NCBI GenBank assembly: GCA_004022145.1
Contig: RCNU01000007.1
DNA: 64,000 bases
Reading direction: 5' to 3' (one strand)
DNA from: Paecilomyces variotii
Lineage: Eukaryota
The position numbers and the translations under genes were made by a program. Positions 24,620 to 38,114 of this stretch are shown here, in pieces. The notes beneath the pieces are model-generated. The model searched no databases. It was not told the origin of the DNA and worked only from the letters and a program-made list of their open reading frames with translations. The first letter of the stretch is position 1; every line of letters begins with the position of its first letter.

Positions 24620-24999
24620 CTAGCAACGGTGCTGTACTATGTGTCAGTGCGTAAAGTTCCAGTTACCGTGTGACCTTATAGACTACTCTAGACTTAGTGA
24701 TGAAGGCAAGAATTTAATTCCTGGAAAAATTGACCGCGATGCAGGGTGTCTTTTGCGCTGCTAATCATATATAATGTCTTAGATAGTGGCGTCCAATTCG
24801 ACCGACTAGGTACTTACCTAGTTAACTAACTAGCTTAATCAACTTAATCAACTGTGCCTTGAACTTTGGCCCCCGCTTACCCCAGCTTTTCTGCCCGGAA
24901 TGCGCGACGCTTAAGTAGATCACCAGCACAGCATCCCTTGATTCTGTGCTCTTGCACCTTCTCTCATCCAACCGTCTGTGGTGCAATTAACCGACAATA

Positions 25000-26781
25000 A
25001 TGGTCTCCTTGTCGGTGAGATTGGCCCTTGCGGCCGTGCTGCCTCTACTCATCAGAGAGAGCGTCGCGAAGGAAACGCGACCTCAGGTTCATGACGATCC
25101 CGTGCTCTTGCGGCGCGCATGCCCGGACTATACTGCCTACTCCGCAGTCAAGCAGTGAGTACACTTTCTGGTGTTTTCATCAATTGTATCGTGAGATTTA
25201 TAAATTATTTGCTAACTCGCTTCTTGCAGCGCACCGTACAGCGATGGCCCATTGAAGCTGCCTTTCCAGCGCCCCGCAGAGGAATGCCGAACGTTCTCAT
25301 CTCCCGCCGTGGAGAAAGTCATTAAAGATATCACCGCTCGTATGGTCGACAAGGACCTTGCTCAGATCTTCCAGAATGCTTTTCCAAATACCCTGGACAC
25401 CACTGTTCGATGGCACGTCAACAGTTCTGCAGCAGCAAAGCTGAAGACCAGGAGAGACGGCAAGTGGCAGGGAGCGCAGACATTTATTGTCACGGGTGAC
25501 ATTGATGCAGAATGGCTTCGTGACTCCACAAACCAGCTGGCGCAGTATCAGGCCCTGGCTAAGACGGATGAGTCGCTTTACAGCCTCATTTTGGGCGCGA
25601 TCAACACCCAAGCGGAATATGTCATTGAGTCTCCTTACTGCAATGCCTTTCAGCCGCCTCCTCCAAGTGGACTGAGCCCGTCGAACAATGGACAGAAGGA
25701 TACTGTTCATCCCGCATACGAGCCTTCGTTTGTCTTCGAGTGCAAGTACGAACTCGATTCCCTGGCCCATTTCCTGAAGCTCGGTAACCAGTTCTATGCG
25801 AGTACACGATCTACTGAATTCGTGACCAGCAGGTGGTACACTGCGCTGGACACGCTGCTGGGCGTCCTGGATGCCCAATCGCAGCCGACGTTCAACGCGC
25901 AGAATCAGTACGTCACGAATCAGTACACCTTCCAGCGCGAGACCACCGCAGGCACGGAAACCCTCAGCTTAAGCGGGATCGGCAACCCTTTGAACAGTGG
26001 GACAGGCCTCATCAGGAGCGCATTCCGGCCCAGTGACGACGCTACGATTCTTGGGTTCTTCATCCCACCCAATGCCATGATGGCTGTAGAACTGCAGCGC
26101 ACGGCAGACGTGGTTGAAGCTGCAGGCGGGAAGGCTGATCTTGTGAACAAGCTACGGACGAGAGGAAAGAATCTCGAGCAGGCTGTCTGGGAACATGGCG
26201 TGGTCGATCACAAGAAATACGGCAAGGTATTCGCTTTCGAGGTGGACGGCTATGGCTCCCGAATCATCATGGACGATGCCAACATGCCTTCCTTGCTCTC
26301 CCTGCCACTGCTGGGCTTCGTGGACAAGAACGACCAGACATATCAGAACACGCGCAAAATGATCCTCCAAAAGGACGGAAACCCTTACTACCTAACAGGT
26401 TCTGCCTTCCATGGAATCGGTGGACCACACAGTAAGTCTCTTTTTTTTTCACATGCTGTATCTCTAACCCCAGTCCAAAAAATCAGAATCTTCTAACCAA
26501 AACACACAGTCGGTCTCGAAAATGCCTGGCCAATGTCCCTCCTCGTGCAGGCCCTGACCTCAAACTCAGACGACGAAATCGTCGCATCTATCAACCTCGT
26601 CCGTAACTCCAGTCTCCTCGGCCTCGTCCACGAGTCCATCAACGTCAACAACATCACCGATTATACCCGGCCCTGGTTCGCGTGGGCCAATTCCCTCTTC
26701 GCGCAGACTATCCTCAAAATCGCCGCCACGAAACCCTATCTACTCTTCGGAAAGGATGCGCAGCCATATGTCATTTCATGA
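25000..26781 (+). CDS. Secreted glycoside hydrolase family 125 (exo-alpha-1,6-mannosidase-like, DUF1237)
   Basis: Signal peptide from ATG 25000; FPNTLDTT, TGDIDAEWLRDS, FECKYELDSL, SAFRPSDD, MDDANMPSLL, GIGGPH and YTRPWFAWANS. Two introns. Confidence 0.9.
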
Positions 26782-27338
26782 GATGAGATAATCATCTTGA
26801 ACTTCTCTCGTTCGTGTTCGGATGCGGTGTTGTTTATGAATGAATGGGTTTAATATCCGCTCTCCTCTGCTCTTGCAGCTTGCTTGCTATTCATGTCGCT
26901 TTTTTTTAAATGTTTTCTACACCTTCATGCTACGCAGGAAGCATGGTATGCATTTTGCCATCGAGAATGCATTAGGGCGGCGCTTTTTTCTTTTTCTTCT
27001 TCTTCCGGGGGATTCAGTCAATCAATCATTCATGAAAGGGTTATGATTCGGCATCAGAAAGGAAACACAGGTTGTGAACCTGATTGGGTATTAGTTTGGT
27101 TATAGTTAAGCTATACTATTATATAATGATTATCGTTATTATCACAGTCATAGCATCAGTGTTCGTGTTCTCTCTGGAGAATGTAGTCTTCATAATAATA
27201 ATAATAATAATGATATTGGTATCTATGAACTTCTGCCAAAGTATTCGACACATCTTCATAATGCACTTTCAGAGCATATTCGTCGCTTTTTCGGATTCTT
27301 TAAAGAGACATGTATATATTGGATATATATTTCTTTCG

Positions 27339-28934
27339 TCAGACCAGGACTCTTCTCAACCCCTCCGTTCCACCAAGGACTCTCCGTCCCGTAATCGGAC
27401 ATCTACCCTGTCCACTCTCCCATTTGCCTTCTCGACTCCTGCCTTTCATGCCGCTCCCACCTCCTTCTTGCTCTGCTGCTGTTGAAGTCTTCTCATCGTC
27501 TGCCCCAGCAGCGGAATTACGTCCGGTTTCATCAACGCCGTCTTCGCCTGCTTCATATTCATCCTCCCATGCAGCGCCGCCTCCTTCACCGTTCATGAAA
27601 TCGATCTGTCGCTCATGCTCGCCGTTCAGCCAGCGGAAGATGCAGACGTAGCAGAATACGTAGCCTGTTTGGCAGGCAGTTGGGTTGACTAGCTGGTTGA
27701 GACAGATGGGGCAGGTGTTTGTGCTCTCTGGATCTGCAGGCGGGAGGGCGATGGTGAATATGGGAAGGAGAGATGAAGAGGAGATTGGAGGTTGAGCGCG
27801 ACGACGGGGGGTCTTCAGGGCGGGTTTGAGATCCGTCGTAGATGCAGTCGGGGAGGGAGAAGTGGTGGGTTTCTTCTTGGAGGGCTCGACCTGTCCGGAT
27901 ACCACGGGGGCAGGGAGGTCGAGTGTCTCGGTGGCTTTCCAGGTGAGTTGGCGCGAGAAGTCACTGGCGTGCCACCATTCGAGGAATTTCAGGGCGAAGA
28001 TCGATGCTGGGAGGAAGAAGCGCAGAGATGAAAGGAGCTGAGGATATAGATTCTGCGGGCTGAACATGCCCAGGAGGGAAGAACCCGGTCGAGATCGAGC
28101 ATTGCTACCACCAGGACTGCCGCCGGGCTTAGGAGCCATAGCAGCCGCGATAGCACGATGATCCGCCGGTCCCAGACGCCGTATCCGGGTGCCAATAAGC
28201 CAGAGGAACGGCGACGAATACTTCGTATTATCAAACAGATAGGCTAGATTGAAGGCCAAAATCGAGAAATAATACGCCGCATTCACCGACGGATATACGT
28301 TTCTCAGGAACCATTTATAATAATAAACGAAGCGCTGCTTGAGGGTCGGCCGTGGCGGAAGGTCATCGCTGGGGTTATATCGCGGCCCGCCGCTCATGAT
28401 CAGTGACGCCTGCGGCGCTGCGTGGATGTCATATCCTTCATCTAACTTGCGCTTCAAGTATGGCAACCCGACCATGACCAGCAGGTTCTTCCATACGTCG
28501 GACGTGCGCAACTTGAGCGTCTCGCGGACGGGGCCGGCAGCGCCCAGCTGCGCGCGGGGGATCTCGCCATTCTTGGTTCGAAGGACGCGCTCGCGTTTGA
28601 GGGAGTAGAAGTTCTCAGTAAATGAACCGCCGAAGGTGCGGAGGTAGTATCGTTCGACGATGAGTGAGAGGACCGCGTACACCTCGTCGAAGGAGTTGAG
28701 GATGCGGAGTAGATATCGCGGGTGTCGGTGTGTGGCGACAGCAAGGAGGTAACGGATTGATGGCGGAAGGAGAGCTGAGAGCTGCTGCTCTGAAAGAAGT
28801 TCTGTAGCAAGAGAATAGGGATATTAATGGCTATTCAACAGGAGGCGCATGGAGCAGGGAAACTGGAAGTGCTCACCGAATAGAGAGGGCTTTGAATCGT
28901 CAAAGTCATTCTGCAGACTTGACATGTACTCCAT
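27339..28934 (-). CDS. PEX12: Peroxin Pex12 (RING ubiquitin ligase)
   Basis: [46 protein letters not shown], and [28 protein letters not shown]...CPITG. Confidence 0.95.
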
Positions 28935-29309
28935 CTTCACGACACAGTCAAGCCGTGCATCCTCAGGAAATCGAGGATTAGCTGGCGGAGGGACTGGTGG
29001 TGTGAAGAGAAGATGTCGATGTTCCGTTCATCTGGAGATTGCGGAGAGCTGCGGAGCCGAGGCTCGTTGGCCGCCACTCCATCGTCATGTTTAATTACTA
29101 CTACTACTACTACTTATGGCACCCTATTCATGACACAACTATGAAGACCTCGTTTCTGCTACGACTGGACTTCTCTACTTTCAGACATCTGCAGAGAATG
29201 TTGCAAGATACGATTGGGACACTGGGTCTTGTTGTATTTAATTACACATGATGGTTAATCTTTAAGACATTCTCTGGCAAACAATATTGTACTATAAGAA
29301 AGCGGCCCA

Positions 29310-31436
29310 TTACTCTCTATGATCCAGAGCGGCCAGGCAACGGTTCCAGAGCGCTGGAAATGCTGACGCGGAACCTTCCAGCGCTTTATTTTCAATCGAA
29401 GGGTCGACCACACGGAGACATGACAGGATGAGCTCTGCCAATTTCCCAGTGAGCGGTATTCTGGGCTGTTCTCGCTCCATCATAGGAACCCAGGATAAGA
29501 TACAGTCGCGCGTCCGACGCACATCCTCCAGCTCAGCATGCAAACTGAATAGCAGCTCATAATCCGCGGCAGATCGCCGAATTCCATGAAGGGGGATTTT
29601 GTGCCAGAGTCTCCAAAAACCGTCAATGTCACCGTTGCGAAACTGGAGGGCTAGGAGGATACGTGCTTGAACCGGGTCAATATCAAGATTTAAGGCTTCG
29701 ATGACCTTCGAAACCCGAGTGAGGTTCAGATATTGGAGCTCAGAAATATCCTCGACAGACGCGACAGATTCTGAATGTTGTACATGTGTTGAGGCCGTTT
29801 CTTCGTCTGAGCTGGGGAGGGAACGGCTAGCTGCTTCGTAGATAATATTGAATACACGCATGTTAAGCACATCCGTACCTTGGAGACTCAGATAGTCCAA
29901 AACACGCAAAGCAAGCTCTTTGTCAGATGCTGGCAGCGAGTCGCCGGATTGGCCGATATTAACATCGACACTGCACGGCGTTAAAAGAGCAGATACAACA
30001 TCAAAGCCCAAATTATCAGAGACGGGATAGCCATACGAAGTGTATTCTTGGAATGTCTCCCAGAGCCGGTCTTTGCTGTACAAAGGATGTTGCAGAGATA
30101 TTGCCATGCACATCAGTCTTAGTTGAGCGGCGATCATCTGTTCCGGAGGGAAATTATCGGGTCTGCCATAGAAAAGTCGCAGAAAGAGAGTCGAATCACG
30201 GTCATCCGGGCCGTTTCCAAACTCGTATCGCAGCATCGCGTCTGGGAGTCCGGAGAGGCTTTGAAATAATGATTCGATATCTATGGTACACCCTGATACT
30301 ATTTGATTCGCTGGAACAGCAAAACTATTCCCAGGCAGGCCATCTTCACCGGAGATATTGGCGCTTTGAGTGGGCGCTCCATTACTGGGGCTACTGCTGG
30401 ATGTGTGGATGCTTCTCCGTCCTAAAATAATTGTCGCTGGGGTCCTAGTAGTCGGGGGAATTCCACGGTCAGATGACGATTGGTCGAATGTTTCTGGGGA
30501 AGCACGAACCTCTTCGGATGCCAATTCTGGATTGACGGCGACGTCCTGGTATTTTCCTTGGGCTTTCTTTTCCAGGGCAGCGCCCCAGAGTCCTTCGAGA
30601 TCGATCTCTGCTCGTTTCTCCTCGGTGAACATCTGCACAATGATCCTTGTTCCACCAGCGGTCTTCCCAAAACCCTCAAAGCTTTCATCTCTTACTCTCG
30701 ACTCGCGGAGCGATTCAGAGTCTTCGACGATACCCGCGTTGACACAGATCCAGCCTGTGGTAATACCGTCATCCTTCTGTTCCAAGGTCGCTCCCGAACT
30801 ACTGGCAATACGGGCCCGACGAGCCTTTCGCCGGAGTTTAATCTTTAGTTCGTTCCGACCCAGGAGCCCATCGGCATAGGGGCGCAGCTTGTACGTGCTC
30901 CGTAACCAGCGACACAGGCGGTCAGCTGAGACGTTGAGATGCTTCACACTGCGTGCAGTCCCGATAATCATGATCACATTGCCGCCAAGAGCCGGAGGCG
31001 GATCGAGCCCACGGAGGTCAAGAAGAACTAGATCGTCAAGACCAATATCCACGGAAGTGTGTTGTAGAATATCCTGCAGAATTGGAGGTGGGTTTTCCGG
31101 AAGTGGTGGTAGTTGTTGCTTATGCGCCAGAGGATGAGCCTCCATGGGGGTAGGCGTCTCTACCTGCAGGTACCAGGGAACGTGCACATCTGAATTTGGC
31201 CCTGCGGTCGTTTCCTTTGATCCTGGAGAGTCTGTGGACACGAGAGTATTAACATTATTGGAGCCCGTATGCTCTGATCTCAGCCCAGCGGCAGACGAGA
31301 GCATGCGTCTATGATAGAGGGAACGCGCAGGAGAAATGGCCGGAGTAACAGAGACGCCAGAAATGGCCAGAAAAGACTGCACCACATTGTGGCGGCAAGC
31401 ACGGCACAGAGGCCCCTTGAGTAGAGCTCGACTCAT
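29310..31436 (-). CDS. ATP25: Mitochondrial ATPase synthesis protein Atp25
   Basis: Mitochondrial presequence; VPWYLQ, DLRGLDPPPALG, MIIGTARSVKHL, DGLLGRNELKIKLRRKARR, EKRAEIDLEGLW. Confidence 0.9.
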   Translation of the reverse strand: MSRALLKGPLCRACRHNVVQSFLAISGVSVTPAISPARSLYHRRMLSSAAGLRSEHTGSNNVNTLVSTDSPGSKETTAGPNSDVHVPWYLQVETPTPMEAHPLAHKQQLPPLPENPPPILQDILQHTSVDIGLDDLVLLDLRGLDPPPALGGNVIMIIGTARSVKHLNVSADRLCRWLRSTYKLRPYADGLLGRNELKIKLRRKARRARIASSSGATLEQKDDGITTGWICVNAGIVEDSESLRESRVRDESFEGFGKTAGGTRIIVQMFTEEKRAEIDLEGLWGAALEKKAQGKYQDVAVNPELASEEVRASPETFDQSSSDRGIPPTTRTPATIILGRRSIHTSSSSPSNGAPTQSANISGEDGLPGNSFAVPANQIVSGCTIDIESLFQSLSGLPDAMLRYEFGNGPDDRDSTLFLRLFYGRPDNFPPEQMIAAQLRLMCMAISLQHPLYSKDRLWETFQEYTSYGYPVSDNLGFDVVSALLTPCSVDVNIGQSGDSLPASDKELALRVLDYLSLQGTDVLNMRVFNIIYEAASRSLPSSDEETASTHVQHSESVASVEDISELQYLNLTRVSKVIEALNLDIDPVQARILLALQFRNGDIDGFWRLWHKIPLHGIRRSAADYELLFSLHAELEDVRRTRDCILSWVPMMEREQPRIPLTGKLAELILSCLRVVDPSIENKALEGSASAFPALWNRCLAALDHRE

Positions 31437-31709
31437 GCTGAATAAGTGAATGAATCAATGAACAAATAAGTGAAGAAATGATGGATGTTGAACTTGTCAA
31501 ACTGGAAATGGAAATTCAATTGATCACCTGACAAACAGTGCAAACCCGATTGATAATCAGTGCAAACAGCGCAAACACTCCACCTCCGCCGCAAAAAAGT
31601 AGGCGGAGGGGCAAAAGTTCAGTTGATTAATTAATTCAATCAATTCATCCCCAAGAGTCTCAGACTCTGCTTTTTGTTATCAGAGATCATCGACACGGCA
31701 GTTGCAATC

Positions 31710-33299
31710 ATGTCGATGGACTTGGATGCTCCCGTGCCCATGGCGGCACTGCAGGAACAGCCCACTGCAACTATTCTCTGTTGCAACTGTGGTGCGCCCA
31801 TCGATGGTACTACCGCTGCGGGCGCTCTTTGCACAGACTGTGTGAAACTCACAGTCGACATCACCCAGGGCATCCAGAGAGAGTCTGTCCTCCACATGTG
31901 CAAGGACTGTGAGAGATGGCTGCAGCCGCCGAGCAGCTGGGTCAGCGCCGCCCCAGAGTCGAGAGAACTGCTCGCCTTGTGCTTGCGAAAGCTTCGCGGA
32001 TTGACCAAGGTCCGGATCATCGATGCTAGCTTTATCTGGACCGAACCCCATTCGAGAAGAGTCAAGGTGAAGATCACAATTCAGCAGGAAGCCTTCCAGG
32101 GCACTATCCTGCAACAGACATTCGAGGTGGAATACGTGGTGGCGAGTCAGCAGTGTCCAGACTGCCAGAAGTCATACACGGCCAATACCTGGCGTTCGTC
32201 TATCCAAGTCCGACAGAAGGTGCCTCACAAGAGGACGTTCCTTTACCTCGAACAGTTAATCCTCAAGCACAACGCCCACCGAGACACCATCAATATCAAG
32301 GAAACGAAGGACGGACTGGACTTCTTCTTTGCACAGAGGAACCATGCCGAGAGGATGGTTGATTTCTTGTCCTCTGTTGCTCCCACGAGAGTGAAGAAAT
32401 CGCAGGAACTCATCTCCATGGATGTCCACACGTCCGTCAAGCAGTACAAGATCACCTACTCCGTGGAGCTGATCCCCATCTGCAAGGACGACCTGGTGGC
32501 ACTTCCACTGAAACTGGCTCGATCGCTCGGCAATATCTCACCCCTGACTCTCTGCTATCGCGTCGGTACCTCGATCAACCTCCTCGATCCCAACACTCTC
32601 CAGACTACGGATGTGCCGACAGCTGTATATTGGCGATCGCCATTCAAGAATTTGGCGGATGTGCAAGAGCTGGTCGAGTTTATCGTCATGGACATTGAAC
32701 CGGTCGGCCAGTCAAACGGTCGTTTTTCCCTTGCCGAAGCCACTGTGGCGCTTGCATCCGACCTGGGCGTCAATGACCAGACCTACTTCACAAGGACTCA
32801 TCTCGGTGGTGTCCTCCATGTCGGAGATTCCGTCCTCGGCTATCACCTGACGAGAACGAACTTCAACAACGAAAACTTCGAGGCCATTGAGCAGAGCCAC
32901 CAGTACGGATCCACTATTCCCGACGTGGTGCTGGTCAAGAAGTTCTACGCCCGGAAGAAGAAGGGCAAGTCCAGAAACTGGAGACTCAAGCGCATGGCCC
33001 GCGAGGAAGAAGAAGGAACAATCAACCGCAGACAGCAGGAACAGGAACGCCTCGAAGCCGACTTTGAGCTGTTCCTGCGGGACATTGAAGAGGACCAGGA
33101 ATTGCGGAGCACGCTGCAGCTTTACAAGGCCAAGAACGCTAAGCCCCGTCCAGAGAGAATGGAGGGTGTCGAGACCGGCGATGGCGATGTGGAGCAGATG
33201 GAGGAGGACGAGGAGAGCGACGATGAAAATGTGCCCCAGATCAACATGGATGAACTCCTCGAAGACTTCGACGAGCTCAACGTGGGTGACGAGGAGTAA
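31710..33299 (+). CDS. NMD3: 60S ribosomal export adaptor Nmd3
   Basis: CCNCG..CTDC and CKDC zinc motifs, ESRELLALCL, FIWTEPHSRRVKVK, QVRQKVPHKRTF and an acidic C-terminal NES. First ATG at 31710. Confidence 0.96.
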   Translation: MSMDLDAPVPMAALQEQPTATILCCNCGAPIDGTTAAGALCTDCVKLTVDITQGIQRESVLHMCKDCERWLQPPSSWVSAAPESRELLALCLRKLRGLTKVRIIDASFIWTEPHSRRVKVKITIQQEAFQGTILQQTFEVEYVVASQQCPDCQKSYTANTWRSSIQVRQKVPHKRTFLYLEQLILKHNAHRDTINIKETKDGLDFFFAQRNHAERMVDFLSSVAPTRVKKSQELISMDVHTSVKQYKITYSVELIPICKDDLVALPLKLARSLGNISPLTLCYRVGTSINLLDPNTLQTTDVPTAVYWRSPFKNLADVQELVEFIVMDIEPVGQSNGRFSLAEATVALASDLGVNDQTYFTRTHLGGVLHVGDSVLGYHLTRTNFNNENFEAIEQSHQYGSTIPDVVLVKKFYARKKKGKSRNWRLKRMAREEEEGTINRRQQEQERLEADFELFLRDIEEDQELRSTLQLYKAKNAKPRPERMEGVETGDGDVEQMEEDEESDDENVPQINMDELLEDFDELNVGDEE

Positions 33300-33554
33300 A
33301 ATCATTCTTTTCTTATTACGACGGATAACGGCGTTCTTAGCGGGTTCTGCATACGTATATCACGGGGCTTGAAAAGTACATAGATCTCTAAGCTCACGAG
33401 CTTTTTCTATCTCATAGTTACTCTTTCGAACAAGTGGAAAATCGCTTTTGTTCCTCTGGAAATACGCGCTCATATGCACATGGTAGTAGATATCCGTAGA
33501 CCAAACACACAAAAACAATAAACGAAATAGCAGCAAAAAGGGACTGCCTTTTTC

Positions 33555-34592
33555 TCAAAAAATCTTCCCCAAAACCCTCTTCGTATCTTCTCCCAACGCA
33601 CCCTCATCCCGATTCGCCTTCGCACGAACCTCATTCTGCCGAAAGACTCTCCGCACCTGCAAGTCCTGTACATCCTGCGCATCCCCATTCTCCGCCGCCT
33701 TAGCCTTCTTCTTCTCTTCCTTCTTCTTCCGAATACCCTCAACAACCTTCCCCTTCTCCACACCAGCCAAGAACGCCTTCTCTTCCTTACGGGCTCTCGC
33801 ATCCTCAATTCTCTGTTTGGCTTCCCTCTCGCTGCGCTCCCGCTGTACCTGCTCCATCAGGTCCGCCCACTTGAAGCCCTTCAGATACTTCATATTCCAC
33901 ACATCATCGTGGTACCAACCGCCCTTCTTCCCGCCGACAATATTGGCATTTAGTGTCTCGGCGCAGATCTTGGCCGTCTTCTTCGACGCGAATTCCACCC
34001 AGCCATCTGTGTAGGTTTTGCGACGATTACTCTTCTTCACGCTCGAGGATGAGTGCACGGCGGGAGTGAGGAAGACTTTCGTAATAGGACCGAATCCGCG
34101 GGCAATGAGAAGGGATTTCAAAGCGGACGGCTTCAGGTACGGTGGGAGAGAGGAGAGATAGATGACGCCGGTTTTGTTCTTCTTCTGCTTGAGGAGTTTG
34201 GATTTCGTCTTGGATGATGTCGTAGATGATGCGCCGTGGGACGTTATGGAACGCGCATCATCGTAATCGACTTCCTCTTGCTCTGTTGTTGACTTTGTCT
34301 TCTGTTTGGATTTCGAGGTTTTCTCCGTGGCTTTCTGGTTCCCATCTTCATCTTCCTCATCCTCTCCTTCTCCTTCCGCCTCACTTCCAGCATCGTCACT
34401 ACCCCCCTCATCCTGAGAATCGCCCTCTTCACCGTGATCCTCAGAGACTCTCCTCCTCTTCGAAGCTCTCCCCCCAGCATTGCTCGCTCTCCCCTTCGTT
34501 TCCTCCGCCGCCTCGGAGTCGTAGCCGCGATCATCGCCCGCTTCGTCCTCAGACTCAATGTCCAGGAACTCGTTCCGCTTCCGAGTCGTCAT
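33555..34592 (-). CDS. ESF2: Pre-rRNA processing protein Esf2 (ABT1)
   Basis: Acidic N-terminus; [48 protein letters not shown]. Confidence 0.95.
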   Translation of the reverse strand: MTTRKRNEFLDIESEDEAGDDRGYDSEAAEETKGRASNAGGRASKRRRVSEDHGEEGDSQDEGGSDDAGSEAEGEGEDEEDEDGNQKATEKTSKSKQKTKSTTEQEEVDYDDARSITSHGASSTTSSKTKSKLLKQKKNKTGVIYLSSLPPYLKPSALKSLLIARGFGPITKVFLTPAVHSSSSVKKSNRRKTYTDGWVEFASKKTAKICAETLNANIVGGKKGGWYHDDVWNMKYLKGFKWADLMEQVQRERSEREAKQRIEDARARKEEKAFLAGVEKGKVVEGIRKKKEEKKKAKAAENGDAQDVQDLQVRRVFRQNEVRAKANRDEGALGEDTKRVLGKIF

Positions 34593-36223
34593 GGTTGTGC
34601 GTGTGTGTGTATGTGTATGTATCTGTATATGTGTACAATAGAGACGCTATACAATGTTGCGGGGGAAGAAAGACAGAAACAATTTTTGGTTTTCGTCGCG
34701 ATTCGATCTGCGCTCCGATGTTGGATCGGGGAACTTTTTTCTCGGGGCGGGTGGTCTGTGCTTTTCCGCCCCGCGGATTTGCCTCGTATATACTTGGTTG
34801 TCGCAATGGTATGTCTCTTGGGACTGATTATTGCAAGTAATGATACAGGATAGTAGGGAATCGCCGGAAGCACGTTATTAGTCAGCTCTCTATCGATTTT
34901 ATTGGCTATGGGTCTTGTATTTTATCTTTGTCTCTTTGTCACGGTTAATGCCCATGACTTACTGTATGTAGTGCTGGTGGAATACAGGAGCCTTTGCACC
35001 CTGGATTGCAGCCCCCAGCTAGGTAGGTACTCACCAGGCTGAGATTGAAAATCGGCCGGAAAGTTCTCTCAGTGCATGGGCCGACAATCACTTATGACCT
35101 GTGGCTTCGCTGATCGTAATAGTGTCGCTGTGCGCTGTACAAGGTGGTATTTCCAAAGAAGTGCGAGGCTGGCCAATTAGATCGTTCTCGAACACAACTC
35201 TACAATAGTCCATGATGATTGTGATTAGTTTTGAGTAAGGATCATCTTCTTCTGCGAGTTTCTTGGCGTAAAAGTCGCTCATTCAGTGGACTAAGGATTC
35301 TATAATCTGGCCGACAGTTTTTGTTTGAGTAAATGGATTCACAAGTGCATTTTTAATCCCAGTTCAAATCCAGGCAAGTGCTTGGTTAAGAGACATTTAG
35401 ATAATGTATCTAGGTAAGTGGACCCCATCAAGTGCATTGTAGGTATCTATCCTAGAAAACCAACATGAGCTAGCTGGTTTAGCGGTGAGCTATTGGCTAC
35501 TTACTTATGTTCTGATCCATGCAGTGTGTAAACCGTTGGTTTGACACAACCCATCTCTAGAACGATAGCGCTTAACTGAACTATTACGAACCTCTCCCTG
35601 CAAATTGCCCATCTATTACTTCAGATTCTCCTTGAATTTTATGCATATCCGTTTCATTCGAGGCACATTGAAGGGTACAGATACAAAAATTAGGTACCTA
35701 GGTATGTAAATATAGATGTTACGGTTTAGGGTCCACAGATAACTCGCAAAGACTATGCTACTCTTTGTTCTTCAAGTTTCAGGCTATGTTGATCTCGGAT
35801 CAAAGGTCGCTAAATGAGACGGCACTGGTTTCAACCTCAGTTCGTTTACTTGATATTGTTTTGGGGTGTACTCCGTAGTAGTATCGTCTACTATCGGAAA
35901 TTGCTGCCAATGACTAACTATAGGGGCTAGTTTACAACAGATGTATCGTAAGTAGTATGCGGCGCAGCAAAATCTGGTACCTTTTTCAGTAGGCTGCAGA
36001 TATACCGAGCCAGTGTTTAGAGAAAATGTACCAGTCCATGTCTAAAGCCTTGTCCTAAGATTTTTTAAGGGGTGGAATATCTTAAAGACCCGTATGCTAC
36101 CCAGAAAAGAGGATACTGTACATACAGCTCTCGTCGTTCGCTAGAATCTTGGAGCATTTTAAAATATTCCTACAACCTTATCTAACAGACAATACCCTGG
36201 TGGTCATTGAAATTTGTCTAGAG

Positions 36224-38114
36224 ATGCGGTTTATTTTTTCAGTCTTCGTTCTTAGCTGGATCACTTTTTGCGTTATTTCTGCCGATTCGATTACCCGAGA
36301 TGTTCTTGTTGATACACACCAAATCGCTAACAACTTGAATGCTTTCCGGAGAAATGTCTTGGGAGCACCGGTGAAGAAGAGAGATAGGAGTTACAGCAAC
36401 TATACCTCCATCGAAAAGAGTTTCCATAATGCAGTTTTATTTGCCCTGTATGACGATCAGTCTAGCCTGTATGAGACAACCAAGGTGCTATCTTCTAACA
36501 TTTCTTATAGCAACGAGAGTCAAACCAACGTGGGGATTACCTGTCGGACATGTTATATCCTGGGCAATGCCTCGGTTCACTTCTCGACTGATGGTGATTT
36601 CAACGCTAGCGCTGCAGTCGATAGTATCGCACAGGATGTTCAGAATACAATCATCAATATAACAGACGCGGTCGAACAAGCCATCAAGGACACCGCCGAG
36701 AACATCACACAGATCGCTCAGCACCTTATCCACGGCGATTTTGAAGATGTGACATGGCCCACTCTACCTGTCGACTTTAACATGGACATCCAGGGCATCC
36801 CTCAATCCCATCTGACGTTCCAGTTTGACGATCTAGAATTATATGTGGAGCTTGAGACTGCAATTGCCAATGGTTCTTATACTCTGAATCTTTATCGTCA
36901 GCAGACACCACTTGGAATTGGACTCGCTAGTCAAAACCTTGGAGTCTTCTTCAGCGTTGATCTCGTTCTTAGTACGACAGCCGAAGTTGACATGATTAGT
37001 GGATTTCATATCAAATTTGATGATAGTGTTATCATCAAAATGGATTTCTTCGACACCAATTTCTCAGACATCACCTAGTAAGTCAAGATCTATCTTTCCG
37101 GTCCAGCAAATGAATTTCAGAGACCTGTCCTAACTGACCTGTGGCTTACCCCTCATCAAGTGGAGGGGGTCACTATGAATTCCTACCCGTAACTGTCATG
37201 GGTAGTATAGGAATACTCAATGCTGTTCTCCGTGTGGGAATCAACACTGGATTTAACGTCGGTATCGGCAGCGATTTCAGTGTAAGCATACTTGATGAGC
37301 CTGTTACTATCCCCAGTGCAAGCATTGGAACGGCTATCAGCGTCTTCGCCGATATCGCCGAGTTCACCACCAACTTAACTACAGACAGCGAAAGTTGCGA
37401 TATCCTGGCAAGTGAGAAGTTCAAATTCGGTATCGGTGCTGGAGCTGGCGCAACCTTGGCTATCAATGACAATACATGGGGACCGACTCCTTCTGTAACG
37501 ACGGCGCTTTTTAAAACTGACCTGGGTGGCATCTGTGCTACCCAGTCCTCCTCTACACCGGCAACTACAACAGTCGAGGTCGAGAGAAGGCAGCAAAGTG
37601 ATCTGAAATCAACAACCACCGTAGTCACGTTTACTGGAGTGGCATGCGAGACGCCGGGAGTAGCCAACTGCCCTGTCTCTATCAGAAAACCTACAAGACC
37701 ACCAGTACATTACACACTTTACTGCCTTCCGGATCGACGTTCCCGAGTACAACGTCAGACACAGTCTCAAGAATTGCGTTTGGGGATAATGTCAAATCCA
37801 TGGAGAAGACCTCTGGCAACGCCACGCCGTACATTGCGGAGTCAACGGGCTTCCAGGAGTACAAGAAGATTATCATCGGTGTGACTATCCCGGTTGGAAT
37901 CATTCTCATTGCAGGATTCTTGTGAGTTCCTTATTTATGTTCTCACCACAATACTCACCCTCTGATTTCTCTTCCTTTCATACCCTCCATTAGCGTGAAG
38001 CCGCACAAAGATGGCGGATGTTGAACATATATGCTAACAGATAGCATCGACAGTTTCCTCCTGCAGTATCGCAGAGCCTGTCTCTCTCGCCAGCAGCCGG
38101 ATTCTAATAAATAG
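36224..38114 (+). CDS. Uncharacterised secreted/membrane-anchored fungal glycoprotein; apparent 1-nt frameshift near 37680 (pseudogene or sequence error)
   Basis: Signal peptide MRFIFSVFVLSWITFCVISA, GITCRTCY motif, many N-x-S/T sequons, S/T-rich stalk, C-terminal TM IIIGVTIPVGIILIAGF. Introns near 36447-36510, 37078-37160 and 37922-38053. Confidence 0.65.
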
